Below, one piece after another: positions 52,111 through 61,550 of a stretch of DNA of 64,000 nucleotides. The position numbers and the translations under genes were made by a program. Source of the stretch: a virus; the IMG/VR virus record IMGVR_UViG_3300046616_000242, positions 9,947 through 73,946 of that record; one strand, written 5' to 3'. Position 1 is the stretch's first letter. Every line of letters begins with the position of its first letter. The notes beneath the pieces were generated by a model. It ran no database searches and was not told the DNA's origin. It was given only the letters and a program-made list of their open reading frames with translations.

Positions 52111-52375
52111 TGGGGATCCTGATGATCTGGCCGGGGGTGAGGGCAGTCCAGTCCATGACCTCGGGGTTGGCGTCGGCGATGTGCCACCACAGGCGTGCGT
52201 CGCCGTAGAACTGGGTGGCGACCAGGTCGATGCGGTCGGCCGAGGTCCACTGGTGGTAGGTGAACTGGAAGGACCACTCGCGTTGCTGGCCCGGCACGAT
52301 GGTGAGGTTGGTGCCTCGGCCGGAGGAGACGAGCGCGAGGGTGGAGTCCGCGTAGCGGGAGTTCGAGGAGATCAT
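52103..52375 (-). CDS. LysM / tail-X-like baseplate protein
   Basis: DRIDLVATQFYGD..WWHIADANP..GQIIRIP. Confidence 0.85.
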   Translation of the reverse strand: MISSNSRYADSTLALVSSGRGTNLTIVPGQQREWSFQFTYHQWTSADRIDLVATQFYGDARLWWHIADANPEVMDWTALTPGQIIRIPSV

Positions 52376-53154
52376 CGCCCAGCCTTTCCGTTCTTGCCCA
52401 ACTGCTCGGACGTCGACAGCGGGTCCCCGGAGTTAGGCAGCCGTGGGCCGATGATCGGTGCGTACTTGTTGCCGCCCTGCGGGGTCGGCAGCAGCGTCAC
52501 GGTCAACTGGACCACGCAGCGCTGGGGGATCATCTGCTGAGTCCAGTGGGTGTACCGGACGTCCAACTGCTGGATAACGCCGTAGAAGGACAGCGTCGAC
52601 CCGATGACGACGTACACCGGGGTGTAGATCATCGGGCCTGCCGGGCCGGTCGAGAAGGAGCCCTTCCGGAAGTTGTCGATGGCGGACTGCTTGTCCGTCT
52701 CCTGGTTGCCCGAGACGGTCATCGGAGTCGCAATGCCCGTGATCTTGTACAGCGACAGGATGTCGTAAGCCACTCCGAACTCCGGAACCCATGTGAGGGC
52801 ATCCCCGAACAACTTGCTGGAGTCCCACAACTCGTATGTCCGGTCGAATTGCAGGTTGAACTGCAACGTCTGCTGGAGGGGCAGGATGAACTGCCCCGCC
52901 GTGACGTCGTTCTTCAATGCTGAATTCGGGTCGGTAAGGACACCCGAGTCGATACCGTGGGAGATGTCGAGTTCGCTAGGGTTGTACAGGAAGTTGCAGC
53001 GGTAGCGCACGCCGTTGATTGGCTTCTCCATGATGATGAAGCCGCGCGTCAACTTCTTGGTGGTGTCGAAACTGTGCCCGTCCTTCTGGAGAAACGGGAT
53101 GCTCGCTATCCGGGGGTCGAAAGGACCGTTGTCTTCGATCTTGCTGGCTGCCAT
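52372..53154 (-). CDS. Tail tube initiator-like protein
   Basis: FLYNPSEL..LQFDRT pattern; synteny after the tape measure gene. Confidence 0.7.
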   Translation of the reverse strand: MAASKIEDNGPFDPRIASIPFLQKDGHSFDTTKKLTRGFIIMEKPINGVRYRCNFLYNPSELDISHGIDSGVLTDPNSALKNDVTAGQFILPLQQTLQFNLQFDRTYELWDSSKLFGDALTWVPEFGVAYDILSLYKITGIATPMTVSGNQETDKQSAIDNFRKGSFSTGPAGPMIYTPVYVVIGSTLSFYGVIQQLDVRYTHWTQQMIPQRCVVQLTVTLLPTPQGGNKYAPIIGPRLPNSGDPLSTSEQLGKNGKAGR

Positions 53155-56100
53155 TAGTTCCCTGCCGCGATGAGATTGATCCGGCTGTCTTCGGCGAGTG
53201 CGGTCATGAACTGCGTCGCCGCATCCCGTGCGGACGTCTGATCCATGGCGCCCTGCACCTGAACCACGACGGCCCCGGAGTGGAAGTTGAGGGTGGCCTT
53301 ACCACCCGAGGTATTAAGCCCGCCAATTCCGCCCGTGAGCGGGGTATTACTCGACAGCGCCTTTCGGATGGCGTCGGCCTGGTGCGCCGGGATAATCATT
53401 TCGCCCTTGTGGATGCGGGCGGTCTGGTCCACGTCGATATTCGTGGAGCCGACTGCGTATCCCTTATAGCCTCCGCCGTTCGACATCGACTTGATACCCG
53501 GCACATTCGCCAGGGAGCCATAGCGCGAATCCGCATACCGCACACCGGCAATAATGTTGTCGACCGGGTTCCAAATGTTCTTGTGACCCGCCAGCGAATA
53601 CGCGTTGAACGTCGAGTCGATCGTCTGGAGAATGCCCTTGGACGGGTGCCCGGCCTTGGCATTGCTGTCCCAGTTGTTCTGCGCGCGGGGGTTACCGCCG
53701 GACTCGTGCATGGCCATCGTGTTGACGTACCGCTCGTTGGAGGCGGTGTCCTTGTGCAGGATCCCGAGCGCCGACTTGATCCACGTCTTCAGGCTTCCGG
53801 AGGGCAGGGCACCGGCCGCGTTGTTGCCGTTGTCGGTGGTCTGCGACGAACCCTGTCCGGCGCCGACTCCGGAGCCCACGTTGGCCGCACCGATCGAGGA
53901 GACCCCGGCCGCGATGGCGTCGACTTCTTCGGTGGAGCCGTACGAGCCGACGTCACCGCCGAAGCCCATGGTGGACAGTCGGTTGGAGTCGGAACCCGCA
54001 GTGTCGGAGTTGTCGTTGGTGAAGTCGCCGACGTTGCCGACCGCGCCAAGGATCCGGACAGCGTTGGTGAACTCGCCTGGCTTGTAGGACCGGACGCGCA
54101 CCGAGGACCCTGTGTGCGGAGCCTCGATGACCCTGCCGTTGCCTATGCACATCACGACGTGGTGAGCGGGGTTGCCGTTGAAGAGCAGGTCACCCGCGCG
54201 CTCCTGGCCGAGCTTGACCGCCTTACCGGCCTTCTGCTGCTGCGCGGCCGTACGGGGCAGCGAGACACCGATCTGCTTGAAGGAGTACTGAAGCAAGCCG
54301 GAGCAGTCGAAGCCCTTCGGTGAGGCCCCACCCCAGACGTATTTCACGCCCAGGTACTTCATGGCGACCTTGATGACGGCAGCGGCCGTCTTACCCGCGC
54401 CCTGCGTACCTGTGGCCACCGCGCCGGACTTGCCCGAACCGGTGGCGGCCGAGGCGTTGCTCTCTCCAGCGCCACCGAAGATGCCGACACCCGCACCGAT
54501 TGCACCACCAACCAGCGCGCCGACCCCGGTACCGATGACGGGGACGACGGAACCGACGGCAGCACCAGTCAGAGCGCCGGTCGCCGCGTCCACGCCGATG
54601 TGACCGGCCTTGTTGGCCTTCTTGCCGTGGACGTACTTGTCGACCAACTTCGAGCCGAAGTGGTGCGTGAGGTAGGCGCCGACGCCAAAGCCGCCAGCAG
54701 CGCCCAGGGCAGCCCCGGAAAGGTCCAGGGCACCTCCGAGCGCGCCGAAGCCAGCAGCCGGTCCTGTACCGCCTCCCAGGGCCGCGCGAGCAGCACCGAG
54801 CATGCCCCCGCCACCCCCACCTCCGAAGCCGCCGAGGCGGGCGACGCTGCCCAGGCCGCGCATCATGCCGTAGGTGCCCATGGCAGAACCGGCAGCGGAG
54901 CCGACCATGGAACCGGCACCACCGGCCCAGCCGATCGGGGTGTCCAGGTGGGAACTCTTGAGGAAGGACTGGACGGCGGTGCTGAACTTGTCCAGGTAGT
55001 TGGTCGCGGTCTTCAGTCCATCGTTGAAGGGCTGGAGTGTGTTGACGTCCTGATTGCGCAGCGTTCCGGCCCGGTCCTGGAGGGCCTGCGCGTCGGAGTC
55101 GCCGATGTTCCACTTCTTCAACAGGGCCCTGGCACTCTTGTTGCCGGTGTTGGCCTTGGTCATCGTGGAGTCGTACTGCTTCTCGGACGCGCCGTTGATC
55201 TGGGCGCTGAGTATCCCCGTCAGTTCGCCCTTGACCTGCTGGAGGGTGCCCGCAGGCATGGTGCGAGCCAGCGACTGCATTACTGCGGAGCCGTCGCTGA
55301 GGGTGTCGTGGATCTGGTCCTTGTTCTTGATGCTTTTCAGCGACGACCAGCGCTGCATGACCTGCTGGGCGATCTGCCGGGGGTCCTGACGCTGCCCGTT
55401 CTTGATCGTCTGGATGCCGATGGCCTGGTTGGCGTAGTAGGACCCGGCCGTCCACGCACCCGTCATACCCTGGACGCGCTGTGCCTCCGAGACACCTGGG
55501 TTGAGGAATCCGGAGGACTTGGCGTAGTTCCACGCCGTGTTGAAGTTCGAGGAGCCTGGAGAGCCTGCCGTGGACTGCGCGAGGGTCTGATAGGCGAGTC
55601 CCGCGTCCGTCGTGGACTGGGCGCCGAAGTTGTTGGTGAACGCCTGCTTCGCGGTCGCGCCGTAGGACTGCGAGGAGATCTGGCCCGTCTGGTAGGTGAC
55701 GCTGTCCATGAGGACCTTGTCGGGCATCTGCTTGGTGGCCCAGGCATAGGCGTCCTTGAGGCCGCCCTTGAGCGAGTAGGGGCTCTTGCGCTGGCCGCCG
55801 TTGTTCCCGGCACCCCCGCCCAGGCGCGGAGTGTTGGTGCCCGAGCCACCTGATCCGCCGGAGCCACCAGAGCCGCCGTTGTTGGCCGCACCGCCGCCCT
55901 GGTTGGTCTGCCCGGAGAACGTGGCCCCACCGCCGTTGGAGGACGTCGTCATGCGCTGCTGGGTGCCCGCGCGGGGCGCGGTGGCCGGAGCGCTCGCACC
56001 GCCGTTGGGACGGCCGTGTGCGTAGTTGCTGGTGCCGTTCCAGACGTCGTTGGCGAGCATGCCGAAGCCCCGGGCGCCACTGGTGGACCCGGAGCCGTGA

Positions 56101-56279
56101 CTGTTCCATCCCTGATAGAGACCGGCAGCTCCCCCGCCGACCGTCTTGAACTTGGCGGCAGCCGTCTCCAAGCCCTTGTTCAGGGACTCGACGTTCTTCG
56201 CCAGTTTCGAGATCGCATCCTGGGCTTTGTTCCAGCCCAGGAGCGGTCCCTGTCCTGCCACCGTGCCTTCGTCAGCCAT
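53154..56279 (-). CDS. Tape measure protein with NlpC/P60 peptidase and lytic transglycosylase domains
   Basis: YVWGG..FDCSGL..HHV; HESGGNPRAQN..SKGILQ..NPVDNI..RYG. Confidence 0.9.
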   Translation of the reverse strand: MADEGTVAGQGPLLGWNKAQDAISKLAKNVESLNKGLETAAAKFKTVGGGAAGLYQGWNSHGSGSTSGARGFGMLANDVWNGTSNYAHGRPNGGASAPATAPRAGTQQRMTTSSNGGGATFSGQTNQGGGAANNGGSGGSGGSGGSGTNTPRLGGGAGNNGGQRKSPYSLKGGLKDAYAWATKQMPDKVLMDSVTYQTGQISSQSYGATAKQAFTNNFGAQSTTDAGLAYQTLAQSTAGSPGSSNFNTAWNYAKSSGFLNPGVSEAQRVQGMTGAWTAGSYYANQAIGIQTIKNGQRQDPRQIAQQVMQRWSSLKSIKNKDQIHDTLSDGSAVMQSLARTMPAGTLQQVKGELTGILSAQINGASEKQYDSTMTKANTGNKSARALLKKWNIGDSDAQALQDRAGTLRNQDVNTLQPFNDGLKTATNYLDKFSTAVQSFLKSSHLDTPIGWAGGAGSMVGSAAGSAMGTYGMMRGLGSVARLGGFGGGGGGGMLGAARAALGGGTGPAAGFGALGGALDLSGAALGAAGGFGVGAYLTHHFGSKLVDKYVHGKKANKAGHIGVDAATGALTGAAVGSVVPVIGTGVGALVGGAIGAGVGIFGGAGESNASAATGSGKSGAVATGTQGAGKTAAAVIKVAMKYLGVKYVWGGASPKGFDCSGLLQYSFKQIGVSLPRTAAQQQKAGKAVKLGQERAGDLLFNGNPAHHVVMCIGNGRVIEAPHTGSSVRVRSYKPGEFTNAVRILGAVGNVGDFTNDNSDTAGSDSNRLSTMGFGGDVGSYGSTEEVDAIAAGVSSIGAANVGSGVGAGQGSSQTTDNGNNAAGALPSGSLKTWIKSALGILHKDTASNERYVNTMAMHESGGNPRAQNNWDSNAKAGHPSKGILQTIDSTFNAYSLAGHKNIWNPVDNIIAGVRYADSRYGSLANVPGIKSMSNGGGYKGYAVGSTNIDVDQTARIHKGEMIIPAHQADAIRKALSSNTPLTGGIGGLNTSGGKATLNFHSGAVVVQVQGAMDQTSARDAATQFMTALAEDSRINLIAAGN

Positions 56280-56446
56280 TGTCCGCCTCAGCAGTTCGCC
56301 TATTACGTTGCGCCTTGAACCACTTCACCCAGTGCAGGCGCTCTCGTACGGTCAACCGGCGAATTTCGCTGAGGCTCCAAGCCGGGGATAGCTCGACTAG
56401 TTGCTCGTATTCGAAGTACGTGTCGAAGTAGTTACAGGCCCTGAAA
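56272..56446 (-). CDS. Start-less tail assembly chaperone extension (GT-type), reached by a frameshift
   Basis: +1 frame reads NYFDTYFEYEQLVELSPAWSLSEIRRLTVRERLHWVKWF..; no ATG/GTG/TTG at its beginning. Confidence 0.65.
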
Positions 56447-57298
56447 CAGGTCCCCCACCTTGATGTAGAGGGGGACCTCCTTTCCGCACGAATCGTGCAG
56501 GAACTTCACATCATTGTATTGCGGGCCTGGCTGGTTCTTCTCAATTGCATCTAGGATCGACTGGCGGTCCATGATGCCGAGAGCGCGGGCGAAGTCGGGA
56601 TTACCGGTGACGGCATTCTCGGAGCCGTCCGCTTCGACCACGGAAATAAGAACCCGGGAGAGCAGGAGGGTGTTCTGCTCGGAGTCGGTGGCGCGGTCGA
56701 TGACGGCCAGGAGCGCTTCCTGGTCGCTGCCGACAGGCAGGCGTACGAACGCCTTGCGCCCCTTGCGCAGGGGTACCTCGAAGATGCGGGAGGAGGGGTC
56801 CTCCAGGCGCCGCACGGGGATCTCGTCCAGGGTGACCGTCAGGCGGAACTCCTCGCCGCACCACGGGCAGGAGTACTGGTCCCAGGTGATCTCGTCGCCG
56901 TAGGTCGCACGCCGGATCTCCATGAGGAGCATGTCGCGGTCGCCGAGCAGGAGGTTGGACAGCAGGGGGGCGCTGGTCTTCTCGTCGCCCACGGAGACGG
57001 TGCCTGCCGTGAGCAGGGTGGAGATGTACTTGCCGATACCACTCTGGCGGGCCTTGGTCAGGGCCTCCTCGTCGGCGCCGGTCAGTTCGCGGACCTCGGC
57101 GTCGTAGCGGACGGATGCGTAGTCGCTGCCCAGAACGTAGCCTCCCGGCAGGCTGAAATTGCCACCTGCCGGGAGGGTGATCTCGGGCTTGGCGACCTGT
57201 GCCCCGGCGTCGTTCAGAAGCGCCGTAATGGCGGCATTCGCTGCACCGGGGTTGGAGAGGGGGTTGGTGTACCCCTCGGTATTAAGGTCGTTAGCCAC
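56432..57298 (-). CDS. Tail assembly chaperone / baseplate hub assembly protein
   Basis: VRELTGADEE, GDRDMLLMEIRRATYG, CPWC; between tube and tape measure. Confidence 0.8.
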   Translation of the reverse strand: MANDLNTEGYTNPLSNPGAANAAITALLNDAGAQVAKPEITLPAGGNFSLPGGYVLGSDYASVRYDAEVRELTGADEEALTKARQSGIGKYISTLLTAGTVSVGDEKTSAPLLSNLLLGDRDMLLMEIRRATYGDEITWDQYSCPWCGEEFRLTVTLDEIPVRRLEDPSSRIFEVPLRKGRKAFVRLPVGSDQEALLAVIDRATDSEQNTLLLSRVLISVVEADGSENAVTGNPDFARALGIMDRQSILDAIEKNQPGPQYNDVKFLHDSCGKEVPLYIKVGDLFQGL

Positions 57299-57334
57299 TG
57301 GTTATGCTCCTAGTCGAGTCTCGGGAATCCGCTA

Positions 57335-57886
57335 TTAGAAACTAACGGAAGACGACCCGACACTGTTAGCCAACTTGAACTCGAAGCCCTCGTGGGCGAG
57401 GGTCATTTGCTGGACGACGATCGCGTTGGCGCCAGCGTCGAGGTCCGAGAAGGCGACCGCCGTAGGCCACGCGTTGTAGACGCGGAATGCGGCCTTGGCC
57501 GGAGTGGTGCCGGAAGTCACCGGGTGGTCGAGCACCTTGATGTCGACCATGTGCCGGAATTCGGCACCCGCCTTGCCGGAGCCGGTGCCCTGGATGACGG
57601 TGAACAACTGGCGCATCCAGTCCATCATCTGGCTGTCGCCGACCGCGAGGCCCTTGGACAACGTAATAGGGGCGAAGTCGGACTGTCCGGGCATCTTCTG
57701 CGTTGTCGTGTTCATTCCACCCTCACGGTATGGAATGACCTCAGTCGTGACGTTCAGTCCCGAAACGGACATGAAGCCCATGCGGGCGAAGCCCTTGATG
57801 CCGGGGTGCTGGATCTGGACCTGGAACTTGAAGTTCCGCAACGGGTCCGTTGCGATGTGCCCCACGGTCGAAGTGGTCGTAGCCAT
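57335..57886 (-). CDS. Tail tube protein (T4 gp19-like)
   Basis: DPLRNFKF, YREGG, ITLSKG, NAWP and LAHEG motifs. Confidence 0.95.
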   Translation of the reverse strand: MATTTSTVGHIATDPLRNFKFQVQIQHPGIKGFARMGFMSVSGLNVTTEVIPYREGGMNTTTQKMPGQSDFAPITLSKGLAVGDSQMMDWMRQLFTVIQGTGSGKAGAEFRHMVDIKVLDHPVTSGTTPAKAAFRVYNAWPTAVAFSDLDAGANAIVVQQMTLAHEGFEFKLANSVGSSSVSF

Positions 57887-57900
57887 CAGTCAGTTACCTC

Positions 57901-59445
57901 TCAGGAAGTGGCCGTCGAGTCGGTCGCGGAGGACCCACCCGAGTACTGGCCGATCTGGATCACGATGAATTCGGCCGGGGTCTGGAGCGCCACACCGACG
58001 GAGATGTTCACGACGCCGTTGGCCACCGAGGCAGCCGTGTTGTTCGAGGAGTCGCAGGTGATGAAGTACGCCTGGTCCGGGGTGGTCCCGGCCAGCACGC
58101 CGGTCTGCATCAGCGTCAGCAGGTACTGCGTGATGACCGCGTTGACCTGGTCCCACAGGATCTGGTCGTTGGGCTCGAAGACCGCGAAGCGAGTCGCGTC
58201 GAGGATGCCCTTCTTGATCAGCATCAGCGAGCGGCGGATGGAGACGTACCGGTCCGGCATGCCGGTGGACAGCGTCCGGGCGCCGTAGATGACAAAGCCC
58301 GTGCCCGGCAGCGACTTCAACACGTTGATGCCCGCGACGTTCAGCGCGTCCTGGTCGTCGTTGGAGAACCGGAACTCCGTGTCGAGCACACCCTTGAGGA
58401 CGGTGTCGATACCGGCCGGAGGCTTCTGCACACCGCGCGAGGCGTCCGTACGGGAGTACTGACCGAGGACCGCACCGCCCGGGGGCAGCAGACGCGCCGA
58501 GCCGGAAGCCGTGGTGGCCGGGTCGTTGACGATCAGCCACGGGCCGTAGACGGCCGCGTACGAGGACGCCGACAGCGCGGAGCCGCCCGTGGACATGTTC
58601 TGGAGCGACAGCGCGTAGGAGTGGGCGTTGTCGGCCGAGGTCGACTTCACGCCGTCCACGACGACGAACACGTTGCCCTGGTCCTCGGCCCACGCGATGA
58701 TCGGGTTGAGGACGGTCGCGTCGGTGACGCCCGGGACGTTGAGGATCAGGTTCGCCTCGACGGTCTCCAGCCGCTCCGTCGCGGTCGCCAGGTCCACGGC
58801 CGCAACACCGTCCGAGCCGCCAGCCAGGGGGATGCCGGTCGCTATGGCCGGGGCGTGGTTCGGGGCCCACGTGGTATTAAGCAGGCTCTGGACCTGGATG
58901 AAGGACGAGCCGGTGACCGGGGAGTTGATCAGGGCCTGCGCGTTGCGGGAGTCGGCCGGATCCAACGAGACGTCGGTGAAGCGTTCCTTGAGGAAGGCCG
59001 CAGTGTCACCGCCGACGTAGACGAACAGGTCGAAGCGACCACCACCGGAGGACGCCGCCGTGACGTCGAGGTAGACACTGTTCCCCCACACGCCCGGGGA
59101 GATCGCCTTGACCTTGAGGGTGTCCTTCGCGGTCGTCTCGGTGTCCTGAAGAGTGACGGAGGCCGCGACCGCGTCGGAGGCCGCCGCACGCACGATGTAC
59201 GCCGCGTTGCCGCCGTTGTTGAAGTAGGAGTAGACGGCGAACGGGAGCAAGTCCGAGGTGTCGCCGAAGGCGCCGAAGGTGGCCACGTACTGCGACCAGG
59301 ACGACACCAGCGTGGGAGCCAGCGGGCCGCCCTGCTTGTTCTTGCCGACGAAGGCCGCAACGGACTCGCCCGGCGTGTTTACGGTCTGGCTGAGCGGGGC
59401 CAGAGTCTCACTGATGTAGACACCCGGCCGCTTGTAGACAGTCAT
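57901..59445 (-). CDS. Contractile tail sheath protein
   Basis: RPGVYISE, KPPAG, YGARTL, FEPND and PAEFI motifs. Confidence 0.95.
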   Translation of the reverse strand: MTVYKRPGVYISETLAPLSQTVNTPGESVAAFVGKNKQGGPLAPTLVSSWSQYVATFGAFGDTSDLLPFAVYSYFNNGGNAAYIVRAAASDAVAASVTLQDTETTAKDTLKVKAISPGVWGNSVYLDVTAASSGGGRFDLFVYVGGDTAAFLKERFTDVSLDPADSRNAQALINSPVTGSSFIQVQSLLNTTWAPNHAPAIATGIPLAGGSDGVAAVDLATATERLETVEANLILNVPGVTDATVLNPIIAWAEDQGNVFVVVDGVKSTSADNAHSYALSLQNMSTGGSALSASSYAAVYGPWLIVNDPATTASGSARLLPPGGAVLGQYSRTDASRGVQKPPAGIDTVLKGVLDTEFRFSNDDQDALNVAGINVLKSLPGTGFVIYGARTLSTGMPDRYVSIRRSLMLIKKGILDATRFAVFEPNDQILWDQVNAVITQYLLTLMQTGVLAGTTPDQAYFITCDSSNNTAASVANGVVNISVGVALQTPAEFIVIQIGQYSGGSSATDSTATS

Positions 59446-59497
59446 CTGTTTCTCCTGGGTAAAGGGAATTCCTGGGGTTACGAATCCTGGGTCCGGA

Positions 59498-60133
59498 TCA
59501 TGGGCGGATTACGTGGTCCGTGAAGTACTCGAAGCCCAGCGCGACGCTGGTCGCCTTGACATACGCGTCGGCGACAGACGGAAGCATTTCGCTGGAGACA
59601 GAGATCAGGTATTCACGACGGAACAGACGCTTTCCGTTCTCGTCGCGGGTGTCGGCCAGCTCGGGGCCGCCGAGAAGATCCAGGCGCCGTACCGTTCCGT
59701 CCTCGGGAATCTCCAGAAACCCGAACCGCGCAGGAAGCCGGTCGCGCTGCATCATCAAGGACGCCAGCGCAATGTCGTGCTCCGCGAGCCGGGTGAAGAC
59801 CATGACGCGGTACCGCAGGTCGAAAGGGATCGGGTACTCGACGAGGTACGGGGACTGCGTGACGTCGTAGGAGGTGTCCCCCTCCGCCCACCAGCCGGTA
59901 GCACCCTCGGGGGCGTACGGCAGGTAGACAGGGCCACGGTGCTCACGCTCGTCGGCCTTCTCCATCCCCGCGTGCTCGATGACCACCAGGGGGAAGGTCT
60001 GCTTGGCCAGCTCCACCTCGGGAATGCGGTAACGCACCGGAACGGGTCGACCGTCCGGTGCATTCGCGTCGGTGACAGAGAGGCCCTGGAGTTTCGCCTT
60101 AACGGCGCGGTCCTCGTTGATGAGCCATGGCAA
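59498..60133 (-). CDS. Tail terminator / completion protein
   Basis: Synteny before the sheath; TTG start at (M)PWLINED. Confidence 0.65.
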   Translation of the reverse strand: MPWLINEDRAVKAKLQGLSVTDANAPDGRPVPVRYRIPEVELAKQTFPLVVIEHAGMEKADEREHRGPVYLPYAPEGATGWWAEGDTSYDVTQSPYLVEYPIPFDLRYRVMVFTRLAEHDIALASLMMQRDRLPARFGFLEIPEDGTVRRLDLLGGPELADTRDENGKRLFRREYLISVSSEMLPSVADAYVKATSVALGFEYFTDHVIRP

Positions 60134-60209
60134 AGCGGGCCTCACGGGTCTCGAATAGCAGAAAGTCTTCCGCCATTCAGGATCCCAAGAAAGCCGGAGA
60201 AGTTTATAG

Positions 60210-60728
60210 TCAGACCGTCTGGGACCAGTGCGCGAACTGCGCATCGTTGACCAGCTCGTCCGGCTTCATCTGTACGCACTCGATACCGACGATGATGTCC
60301 CGGTTCTGAATCTGGCCCAGAACAGAAATGGACGTGACGCGGAAAACCGAGTTGTCGTAGACGATCCGGTCGACCAGGTACTTGCCGTGGTCGATGTCTT
60401 GGTCGGTGAACCCCATCTTCCGCAGACTGTCGAACGACGCGGTGACGGAGATGTTGTCGACGGTGTACAGACCCTGCGGGGTGTCCTGCGAGGCGCCCTG
60501 GCTGTGGATGACGTGCAGGGCCGGGATCCGGTAGGGGCCGATGAACGTCTTCCCCTGCCCCGTCGCCTCGTCGTACAGGTCGTCCCCCGCCGGGTCGGTG
60601 TGGGAGTAGCGGTAGTACTGGACCATCTCGCCGACCTCGTGCTGGCGCCCCCGCAGGGACGCCATGATCTCGGTGGTCTCGTAGTTGGCGTTGAACCGCC
60701 CCGACCGCTTCCAGTCCAGGCGGCCCAT
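60210..60728 (-). CDS. Head closure / neck protein
   Basis: Synteny, beta-rich sequence, TGATG coupling. Confidence 0.65.
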   Translation of the reverse strand: MGRLDWKRSGRFNANYETTEIMASLRGRQHEVGEMVQYYRYSHTDPAGDDLYDEATGQGKTFIGPYRIPALHVIHSQGASQDTPQGLYTVDNISVTASFDSLRKMGFTDQDIDHGKYLVDRIVYDNSVFRVTSISVLGQIQNRDIIVGIECVQMKPDELVNDAQFAHWSQTV

Positions 60729-61537
60729 CAGAAGTACCCGCCCCAGGTCTGAGAGGGGATACCGGACTCGTCGTCGTTCTGGTGGCCCGGCCCGATCGGC
60801 GGCAGGATCCGCTGCGGCAGCGCGTAGTCGTCGTACTCCCGCTCACGGAAGATCGGCACGAGACGGCCGGTCGTACGGGAGACGCGCCGCAGGTTGGTGA
60901 CCTCGATCGCGTACAGGCCGACGCCCATCTTCTCGCACAGCATCTTGTAGCGGTCCGTGAGCAGTTCGATCTGCTTCTGGATCTGCGCGAACCGCTGGCC
61001 CCGGTCGACCGAGGTGCCGTCAGCGGTCTGGACGTTGATGTCGGTCGCCGCGTCGGTGGCCAGCGCCCACATCGCCTCTGTGCACGCCAGCATGACGATC
61101 ATGACGTCCTCCTCCGGTGGGAGGGTGGCGAAGTCGACGGGCTCCTCGCTGTAGCGGATGAACCCGTTGTCGTCGCGGTACCGGGCGGAGATCGTCCGTC
61201 CCCGGTTGTGCTGGGCGAACGCGTCGCCCAGGTAGACGTCCAGCTCGTCGTCGGCGAACAGGCTGTAGGACTGCCCGGACACGAGCAGCAGCGCGTCCAG
61301 AGGAAGCGCAGCGTTCAGGGTGAGGATGCCGTTCAGCGCGTCCAGGACGTAGTCGCTGGCGGTGAGTACCGTCTGCGTGGTGCCGACGACCTGGACAGCC
61401 TCCAGGCCGGTGACGTTGTTCGCACTCAGTTCGTACTCGGCGACGTCCCCCGTTCCCCGGATGGTGTCGCGGAACGGCGTGAGCCGGTCGCCCAGCTCGT
61501 TGCGTACCCGCGACCGCAGGTCCTCAAGGGTGGCCAT
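60728..61537 (-). CDS. Head-tail adaptor / neck protein
   Basis: Synteny; LRRVSRTTGRLVPIF motif. Confidence 0.65.
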   Translation of the reverse strand: MATLEDLRSRVRNELGDRLTPFRDTIRGTGDVAEYELSANNVTGLEAVQVVGTTQTVLTASDYVLDALNGILTLNAALPLDALLLVSGQSYSLFADDELDVYLGDAFAQHNRGRTISARYRDDNGFIRYSEEPVDFATLPPEEDVMIVMLACTEAMWALATDAATDINVQTADGTSVDRGQRFAQIQKQIELLTDRYKMLCEKMGVGLYAIEVTNLRRVSRTTGRLVPIFREREYDDYALPQRILPPIGPGHQNDDESGIPSQTWGGYF

Positions 61538-61550
61538 TCCGCGACTCCGA

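Noticed and set aside
39865-59445. Stand-alone extracellular contractile injection system (eCIS/tailocin)
   Set aside because: The tail genes are contiguous with capsid, scaffold, neck and replication genes, so this is a phage tail.
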